Assembly (NCBI GenBank): GCA_963795865.1
Contig: CAWCJX010000057.1
Location: 105,490 to 169,489, forward strand
Source: an uncultured Alphaproteobacteria bacterium
GTDB lineage: Bacteria > Pseudomonadota > Alphaproteobacteria > Rhizobiales > Xanthobacteraceae
Reading direction: 5' to 3'
Length of the DNA stretch: 64,000 nt
The notes under the pieces are model-generated. The model searched no databases, was not told the origin of the DNA, and worked only from the letters and a program-made list of their open reading frames with translations. Of the stretch, positions 29,290-37,396 are shown piece after piece. Every line of letters starts with the position of its first letter. Position 1 is the first letter of the stretch. Made by a program: the position numbers and the translations under genes.

Positions 29290-30234
29290 TCAGGCGCTGG
29301 CTTCATTCAGCCGTCGGATCGCGTCTGCATCGAGCTTAAGGCGCGCGGCGCCGATGATTTCGTCGAGTTGCACAAGTGAGGTCGCGCTGACGATCGGGGC
29401 GGTGATGCTCGGTCGCGCGATCAGCCAGGCGAGCGCAACTTGCGCCGGCGTTGTCCCGACTTTGTTTGCGACCATATCGAGTGCCGCGAGAACTCGCAGC
29501 CCCCTCGCGTCGAGGTATCTTTTCATGCCGGCGCCGCGCGGACTTTTTCCGAAATCTTTCTCGCTGCGGTACTTACCGGTGAGAAATCCCGACGCGAGAG
29601 CGGAATACGGAATCACGCCGAGACCGTGCTTGCGACAGAGAGGCTCGAGTTCTTGCTCGTAAGGCGCGCGGGTGTAGAGGTTATATTGGGGCTGCAAGCT
29701 CTCATAGCGCGGCAGGTCAAGACGCACGCTTGATTCCAGTGCGCTGCCGAGCTGCGCGGTCGTGTAGTTCGACGCCCCTATGGCGCGCACCTTGCCGGCG
29801 GCAATCAGCTCGGCATAGGCGGCGAGGGTTTCCTCGATCGGCGTGTCGGGATCGGCCTTATGCGACTGGTAGAGATCGATGTAATCGGTCTGGAGGCGCT
29901 GCAGCGAACCCTCGATGGACGCGAGAATATGAGCCTTCGAAAGGCCCTTCTGACCGCGCATCTCCATGCCTGCCTTGGTCGCAATGACGACGCTCGCGCG
30001 ATTTCCGCGGCTTTTCATCCAGTTTCCGATTATGGCTTCGGATTCGCCACCCTGGTGCCCTGGGACCCATGTTGAATATACGTCGGCAGTGTCGATGAAA
30101 TTGAAACCGGCCCCGACAAAGGCGTCGAGCAGCTCGAACGACCGCTTCTCGTCGATCGTCCAGCCGAAGACGTTCCCGCCAAAGCAAAGTGGGGAGACTT
30201 TCAGGCCAGAGCGGCCGAGCATACGCAATTCCAT
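29290..30234 (-). CDS. Aldo/keto reductase
   Basis: ORF 29290..30510. ATG at 30234 is preceded by AAGGAG. MELRMLGRSGLKVSPLCFGGNVFGW...FNFIDTADVYS...GESEAIIG...DYIDLYQSHKAD...RAIGASNY. Lies 98 nt downstream of the PQQ dehydrogenase stop on the same strand. Confidence 0.9.
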   Translation of the reverse strand: MELRMLGRSGLKVSPLCFGGNVFGWTIDEKRSFELLDAFVGAGFNFIDTADVYSTWVPGHQGGESEAIIGNWMKSRGNRASVVIATKAGMEMRGQKGLSKAHILASIEGSLQRLQTDYIDLYQSHKADPDTPIEETLAAYAELIAAGKVRAIGASNYTTAQLGSALESSVRLDLPRYESLQPQYNLYTRAPYEQELEPLCRKHGLGVIPYSALASGFLTGKYRSEKDFGKSPRGAGMKRYLDARGLRVLAALDMVANKVGTTPAQVALAWLIARPSITAPIVSATSLVQLDEIIGAARLKLDADAIRRLNEASA

Positions 30235-30332
30235 CCCGGCGCTCCTTATCTGCGGTTGCTTCGGAAGCCTGAGTCGGCCGGTTTGGCATCCGACCTGCTT
30301 AGGCCCCGGCGATGGCTGGATCAAAGCGCGCG

Positions 30333-32054
30333 TTACAACCCGAATACGAACAGCATGGTTTGGTTTCGCATCTCGCGCAACTCGGGCGACAGGACGAGCC
30401 TGCCCTTGGAAATCTGACTCAGTCCCGACATGATGGCGATATATTGCCTGCCGTCCGCCTCGAAGGCAATTGGCGGGGCATTGAAGCCGCTTCCGACATT
30501 GATCTTCCACAGCTGCTCGAGGCTTACGTCATCATAGGCGGCAAACGATCCATCGCCAAAGCCCGTGAACAAAAGGCCGCCGGCTGTCGTGAGGGCGGCG
30601 CTGTAGTTTGGATAGGGAACGCGCACCCGGTTCTTGACCTCGCCGGTGAACGGATCGGCGACGACGATGTCGGATTCCGTCCGCGCGAGAAACTTGACCC
30701 CGCCACCCAACATCGACCCGGTGATGGGGTTCCTGAGCTGGTCTGGGGTCATCGTGACTTCGTTACAGGTCGGTCGCGACGGAATGTAGAGCAGCTTGGT
30801 CCTGGGGCTGTACGACGCCGACCAGTAATTGTTGCCGCCCTCATGCGACGGGCACAGCTTCTTGGTGCGGTCCGTCAATGTCTGATTTTGCAGGCCTGAA
30901 TAGACCTGGATGTCCTTGGTGGGATCGTAATCGATCGGCAGGCCGGTCTTCTGATCGATGCCCTTGGTCCAGTTGATTTCGTCGATATAAGGTTTGGCCA
31001 GCAGGGTCTGCCCGTTGGTGCGTTCGAGGGCGTACAGGAAGCCATTGCGCGCCGAATGCGTCACCAGCTTGTGCGGTTGGCCGGAAACCAAGCCGTCGAT
31101 CAGAATGTGCGTGCCGGCCGCATCGTAATCCCACATGTCGCCCGGGACGTACTGGTGATACCAGTTCATCTTGCCCGTGTCGGGATCCCAGGAAATCAGA
31201 CTGTTGGTGTAGAGATTGTCGCCCGGGCGGTAGTAGGGATTGTACATCGGCACCGGATTGCCGGTGCCCCACAGGACCTGGTTGGTGGCGACATCATAGG
31301 AGCCCGTGACCCACATGGCGCCGCCGCCGGTCTGCCACGCGTTGTTCTTGTCCTTCCATGTCTCGGAGCCGGGTTCGCCGGGGGCCGGGACTGTGTATTT
31401 TCGCCATAGCACCCTGCCGGTCGCACCGTCGAGCGCCGCGATGAAATCCCGAACGCCGCGGTCGCCGCCGGCAGCGCCGATCACGATCTTGTCCTTCACA
31501 GCGAGCGGCGCAGCGGTGAGCTGTAGGTCGGCTTGCCCGTCGGAGAGATTGGATTCCCAGGCAACCTTGCCAGTCTGCTTGTCGGCGGCGATGACGCGCG
31601 CCGGGTAATTGGCGACGCTGATCACGAGATTGCCCCACAACGCCGCGCCGCGGTTGGCGAGAGGCAGCTTCTCCTGGCCCGGGTCCATGCGCCACAGGAT
31701 GCGGCCGACATCGCCGGAGCGCCCGTCGATCTTGTAGACCACGCCCCATTGGTCAACCACATACAGGAACCCGTCCTCGGCAAGCGGCGTCGCCTCCAGA
31801 TTTTCGTTCACCGAGCTGCCACCGATCGCGACCGCATAGGCGAGCTTCAGGTTCCTGACCGTCGCCTTGTTGATCGTGTCGAGAGGTGAGTACCGCTGGG
31901 CATCATAGGTGCGGTGGTTCATCAGCCAGTTGCCCGGCTCCGGGTTGGCGAGCCGCTCGGGCGTGACATCGGCTGCGACGGCCGGTGCCGCCGCAAGCAT
32001 GACGGCGCTTGCGAGCAGCGGGCTGCACAAGGAACGATGATGACGCCATTGCAT
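30333..32054 (-). CDS. PQQ-dependent dehydrogenase, methanol/ethanol family, divergent clade (copy 2)
   Basis: ORF 30333..32159. ATG at 32054 is preceded by GGGAGG. Signal peptide MQWRHHRSLCSPLLASAVMLAAAPAVAADV. Roughly two thirds of positions are identical to copy 1 by eye. PGDMWDYDAAG, GAAGGDRGVRD, CPSHEGGNNYW. No Cys-Cys. Confidence 0.9.
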   Translation of the reverse strand: MQWRHHRSLCSPLLASAVMLAAAPAVAADVTPERLANPEPGNWLMNHRTYDAQRYSPLDTINKATVRNLKLAYAVAIGGSSVNENLEATPLAEDGFLYVVDQWGVVYKIDGRSGDVGRILWRMDPGQEKLPLANRGAALWGNLVISVANYPARVIAADKQTGKVAWESNLSDGQADLQLTAAPLAVKDKIVIGAAGGDRGVRDFIAALDGATGRVLWRKYTVPAPGEPGSETWKDKNNAWQTGGGAMWVTGSYDVATNQVLWGTGNPVPMYNPYYRPGDNLYTNSLISWDPDTGKMNWYHQYVPGDMWDYDAAGTHILIDGLVSGQPHKLVTHSARNGFLYALERTNGQTLLAKPYIDEINWTKGIDQKTGLPIDYDPTKDIQVYSGLQNQTLTDRTKKLCPSHEGGNNYWSASYSPRTKLLYIPSRPTCNEVTMTPDQLRNPITGSMLGGGVKFLARTESDIVVADPFTGEVKNRVRVPYPNYSAALTTAGGLLFTGFGDGSFAAYDDVSLEQLWKINVGSGFNAPPIAFEADGRQYIAIMSGLSQISKGRLVLSPELREMRNQTMLFVFGL

Positions 32055-32529
32055 GGGTGACCTCCCTCGGATTCCATTTGGTGATCCTATGCCGCGGAAC
32101 GTCGGAATTGAATGACCATCACCGCCAACTCGCCAGCAGCTTGTGACGCTGATTGCCATCCGCCGAGCGCCTCTTGGAGGCCACTATATTCGTACCCAAG
32201 ACAGGTGTGATGCTGCACTGCGGCAAGTAAATCATGGGCCACAGATCGGGAAAGGGGGGAACCTCGCGGCTCCCCGCGCCCGCACCACCGGGAGCCCACC
32301 ACATTTCCACCCTTACGGAAGCCTCTTGCGACCGCCGTATACCGACCCGTACGTACGGAGAACGCCGATATGGCCATGGTCCGGCTCGAGGACTTCCGAG
32401 GCGGGTCTGCAGTCGGGCGTCGGTCGGACTGCGTGTCGGTCAGACTGCGTTGGCAGGTCAGGTAGCAGGATGCTAAAGTGCATCAGCACATCCGCAGCGA
32501 AGCGGATGCTAACCAAGGGGGAATCGTTC

Positions 32530-33528
32530 ATGAAACGACTTGCACTTGCACTTCTCGCGCTTCCGCTCGCTCAGAGCGGTGCTTGGGCGCAAGCCGCGGG
32601 CAGTCCCGCGGCGGGAAAAGCATACTGGGAGCGGGTCGCACCCAGAAACACGGATTGCAGGAATTGCCACGGCGGCACGGGGGAAGGCGCCTTCGGTCCG
32701 GATCTTGCCGGGCGCGGATTGAGCGCCGCGCAAGTATTGCGAGCGGTGCGCCAGCCCTGGGGGGTCATGCCCGCCTTCGATGCCAGCCAGGTCAGCGAGC
32801 AGGAAGCCGCCGATTTGGCCGCGTATTTTGCCTCGCTGCCGAAGCTCACGGAGCCTGGCAAGTGGAGATTTGAGGTTCCGGCCAATGCTCCGCCCGGACA
32901 GGCGACGATGATCAATATGGGCTGCGGCCAGTGTCACACCCCGGCCTTCCAGGGGCCCCGCAACAATATGGGCGGGTACGGCATGAATTTCGATTATTTC
33001 GCGAACCTGGTCTACAACCACACGACCGCGATGCCGGCGTATCGAGCCGAGGTCGGAAATACTGCCACGAACCTGGATATGGGCAATTTCTCGCGGGCGC
33101 GCCTCTCCATAGAGCAATTGCGCCAAATCTACTTCTGGGCCCGCGACGAAATCGGTTTCCGCCCCCAGATGACGGCCGCGGTCGGCAAAGGAGAGACCGG
33201 ACCCACTGGCGTGACGTACCCCGTGACGATTGTGAATATCGGCGTCCAGGGCAAGGGCCTTATCGCAGAGGGCTTGACGGTCAGCCTCAACATCCCGGCG
33301 GGCAATATCGTGGTGGCCGCGACCGGACAAGGCTACCAGGGCGTGACCAATAACGTCGCCACTTGGAAGCTGGCGCGCAGCGCTCCGAAGGATCAGGAGA
33401 AGCTGACCGTAACGTTGTCCCAGCCGCTAACTCAAACGGCCAACGTCCGCGGCTCCCTCACATGGGCAAAGCCCGCGCCCAAGACGGGCACCGACGTGCC
33501 GGTCGCCATCGCGGGCGCGCCGCTGTAA
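32530..33528 (+). CDS. Periplasmic di-haem c-type cytochrome with C-terminal beta-rich extension
   Basis: In-frame part of ORF 32143..33528, starting at ATG 32530. Signal peptide MKRLALALLALPLAQSGAWAQ. Two CxxCH motifs (DCRNCHGG, GCGQCHTP). The last ~130 aa have an alternating beta pattern (VTYPVTIVNIGVQGKGLIAEGLTVSLNIPAGNIVVAATG...). Confidence 0.8.
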   Translation: MKRLALALLALPLAQSGAWAQAAGSPAAGKAYWERVAPRNTDCRNCHGGTGEGAFGPDLAGRGLSAAQVLRAVRQPWGVMPAFDASQVSEQEAADLAAYFASLPKLTEPGKWRFEVPANAPPGQATMINMGCGQCHTPAFQGPRNNMGGYGMNFDYFANLVYNHTTAMPAYRAEVGNTATNLDMGNFSRARLSIEQLRQIYFWARDEIGFRPQMTAAVGKGETGPTGVTYPVTIVNIGVQGKGLIAEGLTVSLNIPAGNIVVAATGQGYQGVTNNVATWKLARSAPKDQEKLTVTLSQPLTQTANVRGSLTWAKPAPKTGTDVPVAIAGAPL

Positions 33529-33909
33529 CCCGATTACCGAGCTTGGCGGGCGCGCTGGCCGCGCGCCCATATCAAAATCACGGCACCTGGGCGGGTCGCC
33601 CGGGCGCCGATCAGGCCTCGAGCTGAAAGCGGACCCCCATTGGTGAAACGCTGATGGCGCGAGCGATCTGCGAGGCGCCAGATGGTTCCGGCCACCTGCG
33701 CCCTGAGCCCGCGGCTCTGGGCGCTCGCAGCCCTCTCGACGTCGCTGGTATCGAGCGGCGCGTTCCTTCCGCGAGTTCCGGCACGGACAAGGCGTTGGCA
33801 TTTGGGCGATGGTCTCCTGGACAGCCGCCGGGGCTCCGCTTATCGATGACGGGACGGCGCGATGCTGCCCCGCCGGACGACTAACGCTGGCGCCCAGGGA
33901 GGAAGACCG

Positions 33910-34659
33910 ATGTCATTCTACCGAGGCATGACCTGCGAGAACGTGACCCTCGAGGGCGATAAGGGAACCCCGATTACCGCTTATGTGGCCAAGCCGTCTG
34001 GTCCGGGCCCCTTCCCGGGCGTGGTGCTTGTCCACCATCTCCCGGGCTGGAGCGAGTTCTATATCGAGACGACGCGTCGGTTCGCGCATCACGGCTACCT
34101 CGCGATCTGCGCTAACCTCTATGAACGTGCGGGAGAGGGCAATCCGGACGACGTCGCCGCCAAAGTGCGCGCCGACGGCGGCATTCCCGACGCCCAGATG
34201 GTCGGCGATACCGAGGCGGCAGTGAAGTGGATGCGCGCGCAGTCCAATCACAACGGCAAGGTCGGCCTTTTCGGCTCCTGTTCTGGTGGCCGACACGCCT
34301 TCATCTATGCCTGCCAGAGGAAGGACGTCGACGCCTGCGCCGACCTCTGGGGCGGCCGCGTGGTGATGGGCAAGGAGGAGCTCAATGCCAAGACGCCCGT
34401 CGCGCCGGTCGAGATGACGAAGGACCTCTGCTGCCCGCTGCTTGGCATATTCGGCAACGACGACCGCGCGCCGAGCCCCGAGCAGGTGAACGCGCACGAG
34501 GCCGAGCTCAAGAAGCACGGCAAGATGCACGAGTTCTACCGCTACGACGGCGCCGGCCACGGCATCTTCTATTGGCACCGGCCACTCTACCGGCCTGAGC
34601 AGGCCATGGATGGCTGGAGCAAGGTGTTCGCCTTCTTCGGCAAGCATCTGGCGAAGTAG
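33910..34659 (+). CDS. Dienelactone hydrolase family protein
   Basis: ORF 33862..34659, start at MSFYRG (33910). PGVVLVHHLPGW, GLFGSCSGGRHA (nucleophile elbow with Cys), YDGAGHGIF. Confidence 0.8.
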   Translation: MSFYRGMTCENVTLEGDKGTPITAYVAKPSGPGPFPGVVLVHHLPGWSEFYIETTRRFAHHGYLAICANLYERAGEGNPDDVAAKVRADGGIPDAQMVGDTEAAVKWMRAQSNHNGKVGLFGSCSGGRHAFIYACQRKDVDACADLWGGRVVMGKEELNAKTPVAPVEMTKDLCCPLLGIFGNDDRAPSPEQVNAHEAELKKHGKMHEFYRYDGAGHGIFYWHRPLYRPEQAMDGWSKVFAFFGKHLAK

Positions 34660-34670
34660 GGGGCCCGGAC

Positions 34671-35048
34671 ATGTGCACGTCCATTATCGAGATCGCGCGG
34701 GCAGAGGGCATGGCAAAGCGCGGGGACGAATGGTTCCCGCTCTCGCAGGCGGTGGTTGCCTATGACCATGCGCGTCATGCGCCGCTGGGCGACGTAATCA
34801 CGCTCGACTTCATCAACATTGCCCTCGAACCCGGGGCGCGGGCTGGGATTGAGCTGACGCTGGAGACGGCCAGGGAGCTGCGCGCCGCTCTCGACCGGGC
34901 GATTGCTGCCGCCGAGTTCGAGGAGGCGGAAGTGAGGGGCAAGGGCGCCGTCCCCAGTCTTATTCCTTCCGGACGGTCGCTTTCGACCGGTCCCCATCGA
35001 ACAGATACTGACGTGCTATACGCAGGTACGAGTGCATCAATGTCGTGA
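34671..35048 (+). CDS. Hypothetical protein, probably co-transcribed with the dienelactone hydrolase gene
   Basis: 125-aa ORF beginning 11 nt after the upstream stop, G-rich SD-like stretch, balanced composition (MCTSIIEIARAEGMAKRGDEWFPLSQAVVAYDHARHAPLGDVITLDFINIALEPG...). No family recognised. Confidence 0.4.
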   Translation: MCTSIIEIARAEGMAKRGDEWFPLSQAVVAYDHARHAPLGDVITLDFINIALEPGARAGIELTLETARELRAALDRAIAAAEFEEAEVRGKGAVPSLIPSGRSLSTGPHRTDTDVLYAGTSASMS

Positions 35049-35182
35049 CGCTGCGGTCGGCCGCCGTGACCAAACAGGCGATCGAGCTCACCAGCGGTCA
35101 CCGCATGGGCACTTCGCCGCGATGAACGCCGCCGGCGTTCGCGGGCGTCGTGCCGGTGTGCCCATGCAGTGCCCGCCGAGGA

Positions 35183-36664
35183 CTATTGCGGGATGACCGG
35201 GGGCAGGTAGGTCAGCGTTCCCGCCAAGCAGCCACAGCAGGAACAGCACGATGGGCAGATGCGCCAGCAGCTGCAGGAACGTGAAGCCGACGATGTCGCG
35301 CGCCTTCAGTCCGAGCACGCCGAGCAGGGGCAGCATCCAGAACGGGTTGATGAGGTTCGGCAGCGCTTCGGCGGTGTTGTAGATCTGCACCGCCCAGCCG
35401 AGATGGACCTTCAGATCGTTGGCGGCCTGCATCACATAAGGGCGCTTCGATGAGCCACTTGCCGCCGCCCGACGGGATGAAGAAGCCGAGCACCGCCGAG
35501 TAGATGCCCATGGCCACGGGAAACGTGCCATGGGTCGTCAGGCTGACGAAGGCTTGCGCCACCAGGTCGGCGACGGTGTGCCCGCCGGCGCCCTTTGCGG
35601 TGGTCATCATGGTGGCGATGCCGCCATAGAGCGGGAACTGGATGAGGACGCCCGTCGTCGCCGGCACCGCCTTGGCGACCGCATCGAGGAAATGGCGCGG
35701 TCGCCAGTGCAGCAGCGCGCCGAGCATCAGGAACAGGAGGTTATAGGTATTGAGATTCGAGATCGCGATGACCGGGTCTTTCGGTACGAATTCCAGCACC
35801 AGCCAGCCGCCGCCCAGCGCGACCACGATCAGCGTGATGAGCGGGCTGTATTCGAGCCACTCGCCGGGACGCTCGGGCTTGCGGAACGGCGCCGGCGCCG
35901 CGTCGACGCTCATCGCCATCATCTGCGCCGTCACCGCTTTCTGCGCCGGAAGGCGCCGACAGCAGCGCCAGCACGCATCGAAACGACGATCAGCACCAGC
36001 GCGACCACCATGGATTGCCACAGAAAGATCGTCTGGGAAAACGGGATGACGCCGGTGATCTGCAGCAGCGGCTTCGGCAGGCTCGCCGGGTTCGCCTGCA
36101 ACTGTGCGGCCGACGAGCTGAGTCCCAGTGCCCAGGTCGCCCCGAGTTCCGAGATAGGCGGCGGCGCCGGCCGCGCGATAGTCGATGTGGAGGTCGGTGC
36201 GCCGGGCCAGCGCGCGCACCAGCAGGCCGCTGAAACACCAGGCTCATGCCCCAGTTGAGCAGCGAGGTCAGCATGCTGACGGCGGCCAGGAACGGCACGG
36301 CGCCGCGTCCGCTGCGCGGCAATCCGGCCAGCGCGTCGATGAGCCTGGCGGCGGGAGGCGAACTCGCCACCACATAGCCGCTGACCACCACCATCACCAT
36401 CTGCATGGTGAAGGTGATGAGGCTCCAGAAGCCGTCGCCGAACGATGTCGCGACAGCCGCCGGGGACGCGCCGTTGACGAGGGCCGCAGCGGCGACCACG
36501 GCAACGCCGAGAGCGACGAAGACGTAGGCATCCGGGAACCAGCGTTCGGCCCAGTTGGTGAAGCGCAGCCCGAGACGGACAAGAGTGCCGTCGCCGCGAT
36601 CGTCGGTCGGCATCCGGCCGGAACGGCCCGGGCCGGCGGGCGCAACCTCGCTGACCGTTGTCAT
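35183..36664 (-). pseudogene. atoE: Short-chain fatty acid transporter AtoE family, reading frame broken about 6 times
   Basis: Family sequence is recoverable only by hopping between ORFs 35990..36664, 35931..37388, 35741..35974, 35212..36219 and 35088..35531. The pieces read: ...RFTNWAERWFPDAYVFVALG...LLNWGMSLVF / SGLLVRALARRTDLHIDYRAAGAAAYLG / ATWALGLSSSAAQLQANPASLPKPLLQITGVIPFSQTIFLWQSMVVALVLIVVS / VLALLSAPSGA / KAVTAQMMAMSVD...IQFPLYGGIATMM...FIPSGGGKWLIEAP / YVMQAANDLKVHLGWAVQIYNTAEALPNLINPFWMLPLLG...LLWLLGG / TLTYLPPVIPQ-stop (35183-35185). Confidence 0.75.
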
Positions 36665-36694
36665 GACCGTCGCTCCGCGTTCGGATCGGAGGCG

Positions 36695-37249
36695 TTATCT
36701 GCTGATGCGGGTGATTTTCGAACCCTCGAGGGTCAGGTTGTACATGAGCCCGGTCGGGTCGAGAATGAAGCCGATCACCGGGCTGGTGATCTTGTCGGTG
36801 TCGATCGAGCCGCCGGCGCCGATCACGATGATCGCGACCGAGCCGTCGACGCCGATCTTCCACCCGTCGACGCGGCGGAATCCGGCCAGCGCCTCCGGCG
36901 TCATGAACATGATGATGACCGATCGCGCCTGCGCGCCGAGCTGAAAGCCGACCGATGCCGCGATCGTGTTGTAGTACCCGACCGTCCTGCCGCCGATGCG
37001 CATGGCGCCCTCGCCATATTCGCCGCCAAACCCGAACCCCGCCTTGATGACGGTCGGGAACACCAGCACCCCGGTGGCCCTGGCGCCGAGTTCGCGGGCG
37101 CCGGGAATCTGGCGGTAGAAGCGGTCGAGGGTGGCGTTGACCGCGGCGTTGATCTCCCCCGCGCTGCCCGCTCGCCCGGGCCCGCTCCAGGCCAGCAGCG
37201 CGAGCGCGGCAATCAGAGCAATGCAGACTGTTCTCCGGTGCCCGGTCAT
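36695..37249 (-). CDS. Secreted SYLF (YSC84-like, DUF500) lipid-binding domain protein
   Basis: ORF 36695..37270, start at MTGHRRTVCIALIAALALLAWSGPGRAGSA. GFGFGGEYGEGAMRIGGRTVGYYNTIAASVGFQLGAQARSVIIMF...GLMYNLTLEGSKI is the typical SYLF pattern (from memory). Confidence 0.65.
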   Translation of the reverse strand: MTGHRRTVCIALIAALALLAWSGPGRAGSAGEINAAVNATLDRFYRQIPGARELGARATGVLVFPTVIKAGFGFGGEYGEGAMRIGGRTVGYYNTIAASVGFQLGAQARSVIIMFMTPEALAGFRRVDGWKIGVDGSVAIIVIGAGGSIDTDKITSPVIGFILDPTGLMYNLTLEGSKITRISR

Positions 37250-37396
37250 CCCGAATTCCCCTCGAAGCACGTCGTCGTCGCGGTGAGGCTACACCGGCGG
37301 CGCCTGTGGAGCAATTCGGCGTGCGCCGGCGCGTGGACGGCGGCAGATGAGATGCATCCTTGCCGCACTGGCGCGGGCCCCCTCTCAAACCGCTTG

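Noticed and set aside
33548-33568. Hairpin GGGCGCGC-TGGCC-GCGCGCCC after the cytochrome c gene as a terminator
   Set aside because: The stem is perfect but is followed by ATATCAAAATC rather than a T-run. It may still act as a weak terminator or an RNA-stability element. Evidence is insufficient to list it as a feature.
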